Source: Candidatus Coatesbacteria bacterium (lineage in GTDB: Bacteria; JAFGND01). Taken from it: a stretch of 64,000 nt of DNA. Positions 58,743-64,000 of this stretch are shown here, one piece after another (position 1 is the first letter of the stretch; every line of letters begins with the position of its first letter). The translations under genes and the position numbers were made by a program. Under the pieces are notes generated by a model. The model was given only the letters and a program-made list of their open reading frames with translations, was not told where the DNA came from and did not search any database. The stretch lies in the NCBI GenBank assembly GCA_016927185.1, contig JAFGND010000071.1, positions 1 through 64,000 on the forward strand, read 5' to 3'.

Positions 58743-60176
58743 TTATTTACCAAAAACAGCATTCATCAAACCCTCTCTCAACGCTATTGAATCGCTTAAT
58801 GGTAGAGTGTACTTCATCTCCAGAAAACCCTTTCTCAGTTCTGCTATTTCATTTTTCAGGTTCTTGTTTTTTATAATAATTTCAGCAATGAGATTTGCCA
58901 GTACTTCGAAATCACTTTCTTTCATTCCGAATCTTGTCATTTCTTGCACTCCCATTCTGATACCAGAAGGATGATAAAAGTTTTCATCATCAGGTAATGC
59001 CTGAAAATTGGTTAAAATATTGTTTGCTTCAAGTCTGGAAGCGATCTCCTTGCCATCAGCATGATCAGATATTCTAATTATTACCTGATGAGTTTTTGTA
59101 AAACCATCTTCCTCCCCACCTTCTACTTTTATTCCTGCATTTTTAAGGTATTTGGCAAATGATCTTGAATTCTGAAGTACTGCTGTCTGGTACTCTTTCT
59201 TGAAGCCATTCATTTCTATTGTTGCTATAAGCATTCCAAGCAAGGTTCCTAGATGATGATTGGAAAGTGAACCTGGAAAACTCCTTGTATTGATTTCCTT
59301 CCATAATCTTGAAAGATCGTCATTATCTTCTATATTTGAAGCTATTATTCCTCTCTGAGGACCGAAAAAAGTCTTGTGAGTGCTACCTGTTACAATATCT
59401 GCTCCGTCATCAAGAGGATTTTGGAAGAGATCTCCTAAAATTCCCATTACATGAGCAGCATCATACATTATAATTGGTTTATAGGAATCTATTGAAGATA
59501 CGAAAACTTTAACTTCTTTGACGGGTTCGGGATGGAGAAACATTGATTTTCCAAAAACAATCAATCCTGGTCTTTCAGTATCAATAAGTTCACAAAGCTT
59601 TTTTACATCAACCTTATATAAGTTATCCACACGTATTGGAATATTAGTTACATTGTCTTCTGCAAGATTGAATAATGCGCCAAAAGGCTGGGCACTTAAA
59701 TGTCCTCCATAATTGAGGCCATTGTTGAATACCTTGGCAATTCTTCCAGTATTTGATGCAGCAGGCAGTCCAGATATGGGTTTAGTACTTGTGGATAACT
59801 TGCAAATTGCCTTGAAAACTATCTCATTTGCCTGCTGTCCACTTATTGGGCGTGCTTCAACCTGCTTGCATTCAAGATAAGCAGCGAATTCTTTTCTGAC
59901 TTCACTTTCAACCCTGTGAATAAAATCAACACCTTGATAATAATAGATTTGACCATCCTTCAGGCATTGGCTATTCTCAAGCTTGCTTAATTCCTTTTTT
60001 GCTGCAGTTTTATGTTCAGCATATCTTCCTGACGGATCACTAATTTCACACAATTTAACCAATGGTGAAGGAGTGTTTTCAGAAGGTATTAGGTTAATGC
60101 AGTTGAATTGCCTCCAATTGTTATTTTCTTCAGCTTCTTTCAACCATTTTCTCAACTTCAATAAAGTGTTTTCCAT
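58743..60176 (-). CDS. glyA: Serine hydroxymethyltransferase-family PLP enzyme (divergent)
   Basis: INLIPSEN, YYQG, SGQQAN, GGHLS, YDAAH, GSTHKTFFGPQRG, SGIRMG. Confidence 0.75.
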   Translation of the reverse strand: MENTLLKLRKWLKEAEENNNWRQFNCINLIPSENTPSPLVKLCEISDPSGRYAEHKTAAKKELSKLENSQCLKDGQIYYYQGVDFIHRVESEVRKEFAAYLECKQVEARPISGQQANEIVFKAICKLSTSTKPISGLPAASNTGRIAKVFNNGLNYGGHLSAQPFGALFNLAEDNVTNIPIRVDNLYKVDVKKLCELIDTERPGLIVFGKSMFLHPEPVKEVKVFVSSIDSYKPIIMYDAAHVMGILGDLFQNPLDDGADIVTGSTHKTFFGPQRGIIASNIEDNDDLSRLWKEINTRSFPGSLSNHHLGTLLGMLIATIEMNGFKKEYQTAVLQNSRSFAKYLKNAGIKVEGGEEDGFTKTHQVIIRISDHADGKEIASRLEANNILTNFQALPDDENFYHPSGIRMGVQEMTRFGMKESDFEVLANLIAEIIIKNKNLKNEIAELRKGFLEMKYTLPLSDSIALREGLMNAVFGK

Positions 60177-60222
60177 TGCTCTCCTAATAATTAATATTCA
60201 AAACTGCCTGAAACTATACTTT

Positions 60223-60714
60223 TTAAGTCAAGTAATTTTCAAGTGCTTCATCTGTTATAAAAGCTCCATTACATTTCACTGATTCATAGATATGAGAATA
60301 TTTGTAGTAGTAATTGCTTCTCAACCAAACCTTAGGTCTTATTAAAAACCAGAAATAGTAAGAAATGAAGTATTTGAAGCTACCCATTATTCTTATCTGA
60401 TAATATTGATGATAAAACTCATGACATATTGTCTTAATACGAAATATTGAAGGTAGCTCATTCCATCTTCTTGCAAACTCTGGGCTCATAACAAAACCAT
60501 AAATTCGTTCCTGACAATTATATGTACTTCCGGCAAAGAAGCCAAAAAGCTTTGATACATAAGCTTGCTGGATTATTCCTGAAGGTTGCCATATTAACCC
60601 TTTTTCTCTCTCTTCTACTTCTGTAAATTCCTTGAAGATTTTGCGATTTTTGCTTAAGAAATCATTAAGTATCCTTAGATCATCCTTAACTACTGAAAGC
60701 TTCACTTCATACAT
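60223..60714 (-). CDS. Hypothetical HExxH-motif protein
   Basis: ICHEFYHQYYQ...FKYFISY...YE; ATG 9 nt after the rpsR stop. Confidence 0.55.
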   Translation of the reverse strand: MYEVKLSVVKDDLRILNDFLSKNRKIFKEFTEVEEREKGLIWQPSGIIQQAYVSKLFGFFAGSTYNCQERIYGFVMSPEFARRWNELPSIFRIKTICHEFYHQYYQIRIMGSFKYFISYYFWFLIRPKVWLRSNYYYKYSHIYESVKCNGAFITDEALENYLT

Positions 60715-60722
60715 TTTTGAAT

Positions 60723-60977
60723 TTATCTGTAAACAACTTTTACATAATTCAATAATGCAATATGCCTGGCTCTTTTTATCTCTCTCGTAAGTTCGCGTTG
60801 ATGTTTTGCACAAGTCCCAGTAATTCTTCTTGGAAGCATTTTGCCACGCTCTGTAATAAATCTCTGAAGCAAATGTACTTCCTTGTAATCTATATTGGCT
60901 TCATTATTGCAAAAGAAACATGAATGCTTCTTTATAGTTTTCTTCTTTTTCTTTTTATCACCTTTGCTTTTTGTCAT
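60723..60977 (-). CDS. rpsR: 30S ribosomal protein S18 (Zn-binding C+ type)
   Basis: [30 protein letters not shown]. Confidence 0.97.
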   Translation of the reverse strand: MTKSKGDKKKKKKTIKKHSCFFCNNEANIDYKEVHLLQRFITERGKMLPRRITGTCAKHQRELTREIKRARHIALLNYVKVVYR

Positions 60978-61000
60978 TTCAACTCCTTATTAAGTATTTA

Positions 61001-61408
61001 TTATTCTTCATTATCTTGATCACCATAATTCACATCTTCACTGTCATCTACCAATTCTATTGGGAAATGTCGGTTTTTATCCAGAAACTGTATCCTGAAA
61101 GCTCTAATCTCAACTAATGTTCTATGATCAAGTTCAATTACGTAGTTCTGAAGTTCACCTTCTATAAATACTGCACTGCTTTTATGTAAATGCTGAACGC
61201 ATAATTCAGCCAATCTTTTCCATGCAACTACATTTACATAGCATACATTCTCTTTCCACTCGTTGTTTGGTCCTTTATACTTTCTTGATATGGCCAGTCT
61301 GAAATTGCAAACCGCAATATCATTCTTTGTATGTCTTAGCTCAGGATCTCTCGTCAAATAACCAGTTAACAGAACCTTATTTATATGTGGCAGGCGAATT
61401 TCAGACAC
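61001..61408 (-). CDS. ssb: Single-stranded DNA-binding protein
   Basis: NKVLLTGYLTRDPELR, VVAW..LAE, VFIEGEL; lies between rpsF and rpsR. Confidence 0.9.
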   Translation of the reverse strand: MSEIRLPHINKVLLTGYLTRDPELRHTKNDIAVCNFRLAISRKYKGPNNEWKENVCYVNVVAWKRLAELCVQHLHKSSAVFIEGELQNYVIELDHRTLVEIRAFRIQFLDKNRHFPIELVDDSEDVNYGDQDNEE

Positions 61409-61437
61409 GTGAAACCTCCTTGAACAAACATCTAAAT

Positions 61438-61770
61438 CTAAGTTTCTTTCGTCTCAGTCTCTTTTTTGTTAATTGAATGTTTTTTGTCAACAACTACTAT
61501 CAATTTCCTGATTATAAGTTCCTCATAGAAAATGTGATTATTTATTATATCTATAACTGTAGGTTCAGCTTCAAAAGTCCACAAAATATAGATACCTTCA
61601 TTTTTTTTCTTTATGGGATAAGCAAGTTTTCTTCTCCCCCATACTTCCTTTGGTTTTGAAAGAGTTGTTTTCTCTTCAAGAATTTTCTCCAATGCTTTAA
61701 TTCTCTCTTCCCTGATCTCATTTTCAGCAGTTGGATCAAAAATCGCAACAAGTTCATACATTCTTTTCAA
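61438..61770 (-). CDS. rpsF: 30S ribosomal protein S6
   Basis: YELVAIFDP, WGRRKLAYPIKK..EGIY; TTG start after GGGAG. Confidence 0.95.
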   Translation of the reverse strand: MKRMYELVAIFDPTAENEIREERIKALEKILEEKTTLSKPKEVWGRRKLAYPIKKKNEGIYILWTFEAEPTVIDIINNHIFYEELIIRKLIVVVDKKHSINKKETETKET

Positions 61771-61771
61771 T

Positions 61772-62383
61772 TCAATCTCCCTTCGGATAAAGCGAAGTTT
61801 CCACGAACTCCGCAGGGTTAAATCCATTAAAAAAAGCAATTGCTTTTTCAATTGGATTCATAAAACAGAAAATAATAATATCACCAATTACAGGCAAAAT
61901 AGATTTTATTTTTGTAATCTCAGTTTCTGACCAGGGATCAAGAACATAATCAGAAAGAACATCATCATCCCCCGGTCTCCCTATTCCTATTCGCATTCTT
62001 GGAAAATCCATTGTATTGAAAGCATCTTCCATTGACTTTAATCCATTATGTCCTCCTGAAGAGCCACTCTTTTTTATACGTATCTCCCCAAAAGGGATTT
62101 GAATATCATCAACAATTGTCAAGGTTTCTTCAACCTTGAAATCTATTAAATTCAGCATTTTATCTATTATTTGCCCACTTCTATTCATAAATGTCATAGG
62201 TTTTACAAGATAATGTTCAGAATTTACCCATTTTAGCTTTGCGTAATCTCCTTCAGGAATATGTAGTATATCAAGTTTTAACCTATCCATAAGCATTATC
62301 AAGCATTGAAATCCAATATTATGTCTGCTATAGACATATTCACTGCCGGGATTACCAAGTCCAAAAACAACCTTTGTAAACAC
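61772..62383 (-). CDS. pth: Peptidyl-tRNA hydrolase
   Basis: GLGNPG, RHNIGF, KPMTFMNRSG, GGHNGLKS, RMRIGIGRP. Confidence 0.97.
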   Translation of the reverse strand: MFTKVVFGLGNPGSEYVYSRHNIGFQCLIMLMDRLKLDILHIPEGDYAKLKWVNSEHYLVKPMTFMNRSGQIIDKMLNLIDFKVEETLTIVDDIQIPFGEIRIKKSGSSGGHNGLKSMEDAFNTMDFPRMRIGIGRPGDDDVLSDYVLDPWSETEITKIKSILPVIGDIIIFCFMNPIEKAIAFFNGFNPAEFVETSLYPKGD

Positions 62384-62388
62384 AAATT

Positions 62389-63006
62389 TTACTTTTTCTC
62401 TGCCACCTGTTTGGCAGCTATTGCTGCAGTTGATTTCCTTGTTGCAAGAACAGTCGCTACTGTCCTGTTTGGTGCATCAAGAATTGTTATCTTATCGAAA
62501 CTTAGATCCTTCACATGTATACTTTGTGCTATATTGAGATCTGTTACATCTACATCCAGATATTGAGGAATGTCTTCTGGCAAACAATTAATATCAAGAT
62601 GTCTCATTATATGTTCCAGTATTCCTCCTTCGTTTCTCACTCCGGCAGGAGTACCGATGCATCTTATTGGAACTTTGTATTCAATTGGTTTTTTCAAGTC
62701 GACATTATAAAAATCAATATGAAGTATTTTTTTAGTTACAGGATCTCTCTGAACAGTTTTCAAGATCACTGGTATTTCAGAATCATCTAATGAAAGATAA
62801 AATAGCTCTGATGTACGTCTTTTCAGAAACAATTCTGTTTCATGGAGAGGTAAGAAAATACCGATACTTTCTTCACCTGCTTGTAGATGCTCTACCATAG
62901 ATGAACCATAAATCACTCCTAAAACAAAGCCCTTTGCCCTCAATTTATGAGCAGCTTCCTTGCCTTTTGAAGTACGTCGCTCTGCTTTCAATACATGATG
63001 TGTCAT
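62389..63006 (-). CDS. rplY: 50S ribosomal protein L25 (CTC form)
   Basis: GKEAAHKLR, VIYG, QRDPV...HIDF, CLPEDIP. Confidence 0.95.
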   Translation of the reverse strand: MTHHVLKAERRTSKGKEAAHKLRAKGFVLGVIYGSSMVEHLQAGEESIGIFLPLHETELFLKRRTSELFYLSLDDSEIPVILKTVQRDPVTKKILHIDFYNVDLKKPIEYKVPIRCIGTPAGVRNEGGILEHIMRHLDINCLPEDIPQYLDVDVTDLNIAQSIHVKDLSFDKITILDAPNRTVATVLATRKSTAAIAAKQVAEKK

Positions 63007-63052
63007 GCATACCTCCTATCAGGTTATGTAAATAAAAACCTGCTTGTCTTTG

Positions 63053-63124
63053 CTGGGGTGGGAGGATTCGAACCCCCGAATGCAAGGACCAAAACCTTGT
63101 GTCTTACCGCTTGACGACACCCCA
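63053..63124 (-). tRNA. tRNA-Gln(TTG)
   Basis: Reverse complement TGGGGTGTCGTCAAGCGGTAAGACACAAGGTTTTGGTCCTTGCATTCGGGGGTTCGAATCCTCCCACCCCAG; cloverleaf with anticodon TTG. Confidence 0.95.
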
Positions 63125-63132
63125 GTTTTGTG

Positions 63133-63423
63133 TTACATATCAGTCGTTTTCTCTGAAGGTGTTACTTCATTTGCTATCTTGTCTTGATAAGCATCAATAA
63201 CAGCCTTCTCCATCTTTTGTCTCATTTCATTGTTAATCGGATGAGCAATATCTTGATAAACACCTGTAGGTCGTTTCCTACTAGGCATTCTTAGATATAA
63301 TCCTTTCTGCCCTTCCATTAAACGCATACTCTTAATAACGAAGGCGTTATCAAAGGTTATGGCAACATAAGCTTTGATTCTCTGGTTTGCCAGTGGTGTG
63401 ATTTTAATTTCTGTGATTTCCAT
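63133..63423 (-). CDS. spoVG: SpoVG family nucleic-acid-binding protein
   Basis: MEITEIKI, ITFDNAFVI, MPSRK, DIAHPIN. Confidence 0.95.
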   Translation of the reverse strand: MEITEIKITPLANQRIKAYVAITFDNAFVIKSMRLMEGQKGLYLRMPSRKRPTGVYQDIAHPINNEMRQKMEKAVIDAYQDKIANEVTPSEKTTDM

Positions 63424-63439
63424 AATTTTTGAGGTTACG

Positions 63440-64000
63440 CTAAGGCCGGTAAAACTGGGTTATTCTTACCCACCAACCTTTCTGTATGGCTTCTTTTTCT
63501 GCTCTCACCGCTTCAGTCAGAGATGAAAATAGTCCAAAAACAGCGGTTCCCGTACCGGTCAATTGCGATATCCCTGCACCTCCCTTTCGTAAAAAGCCTG
63601 TCATTTCTGCAACTACAGGGCATTCTGTAGTCAATATTTCCTCAAACCGGTTAAAACCCCAAGCCGTTTCATACGGCACTCCTTTCTTAAGGAGCAAAGT
63701 AGTGGCATTGCTTAATAATGCTTCTTTTTTTGTCAATTTATTATTGATTTTTTTATATAATTCAGGAGTAGAACTGACTATCCCGCAAGGGAATAGAAGA
63801 ACTACCCATGGGTAATTCTTCATTGAAATATCAGTTACAATTTCTCCTCTTCCTTCTATCAAAACCGTCCCTGTTTTAGTCAGGAAAAGAGGACCGTCTG
63901 AACCAACTTCCAAGAGGATTTCTTTAAGCAGCTTTTTATCAAGCTTTAGCTTGAGATGCTTGTTCAATGCAACTAAAGTAAAAGCAGCATCAGAAGTTCC
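63440..64000 (-). CDS. ispE: 4-diphosphocytidyl-2-C-methyl-D-erythritol kinase (5' truncated by window edge)
   Basis: Frame open to the edge: GTSDAAFTLVALN, VGSD.P.F, GRGE, ST..LY, N.FE, LTGTG.AVFG. Confidence 0.88.
   Translation of the reverse strand, partial: GTSDAAFTLVALNKHLKLKLDKKLLKEILLEVGSDGPLFLTKTGTVLIEGRGEIVTDISMKNYPWVVLLFPCGIVSSTPELYKKINNKLTKKEALLSNATTLLLKKGVPYETAWGFNRFEEILTTECPVVAEMTGFLRKGGAGISQLTGTGTAVFGLFSSLTEAVRAEKEAIQKGWWVRITQFYRP

Noticed and set aside
60715..60813. N-terminal extension of ORF 60223..60813 overlapping rpsR
   Set aside because: It is an alternative frame of S18; the ATG at 60714 just after the rpsR stop is more plausible.
61775..61800. Possible S6:S18 autoregulatory leader hairpin (CUUCG/CGAAG) before rpsF
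   Set aside because: Only a 5-bp stem inside the pth coding end; an Rfam search would be needed.
1504..63815. Many short ORFs (60-140 aa) antisense to or nested in the long genes
   Set aside because: Shadow frames of confidently identified genes, with no RBS or family motifs.

Overview
AT-rich chromosomal window (roughly one-third GC by eye) from a probably diderm, uncultured-type bacterium. The lineage hints are T9SS-like C-terminal sorting domains, LpxL-like and MlaD-like genes, and an ispE-spoVG-tRNA-Gln-rplY-pth-rpsF-ssb-rpsR block; any lineage assignment is inference only. Most content is housekeeping: dxr, rseP, dapB, glnA, selD, rsmB, tkt, aspS, mutS, manC, bioY, a glyA-like gene, ribosomal proteins and two tRNAs. 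There are also surface-glycan genes, a type IV minor-pilin/PilY1 operon and several uncharacterised secreted or membrane proteins. I saw no CRISPR array, transposase, integrase or reverse transcriptase. Signals the ORF track misses or does not explain: (1) selD is a selenoprotein, with an in-frame UGA at 9143 and a SECIS-like hairpin; (2) a secreted WD40 protein has near-identical DNA repeats that differ mainly at ligand-face codons; (3) a near-consensus sigma-54 promoter precedes the pilin operon, which carries an extra unknown gene; (4) a PHP tyrosine phosphatase without an adjacent kinase is coupled to a Zn-ribbon/SPFH-like/TM/propeller protein with a Tyr-rich linker; (5) a stand-alone unknown secreted gene has a consensus promoter, a long leader and distinct codon usage; (6) a possible structured RNA lies beside tRNA-Arg.
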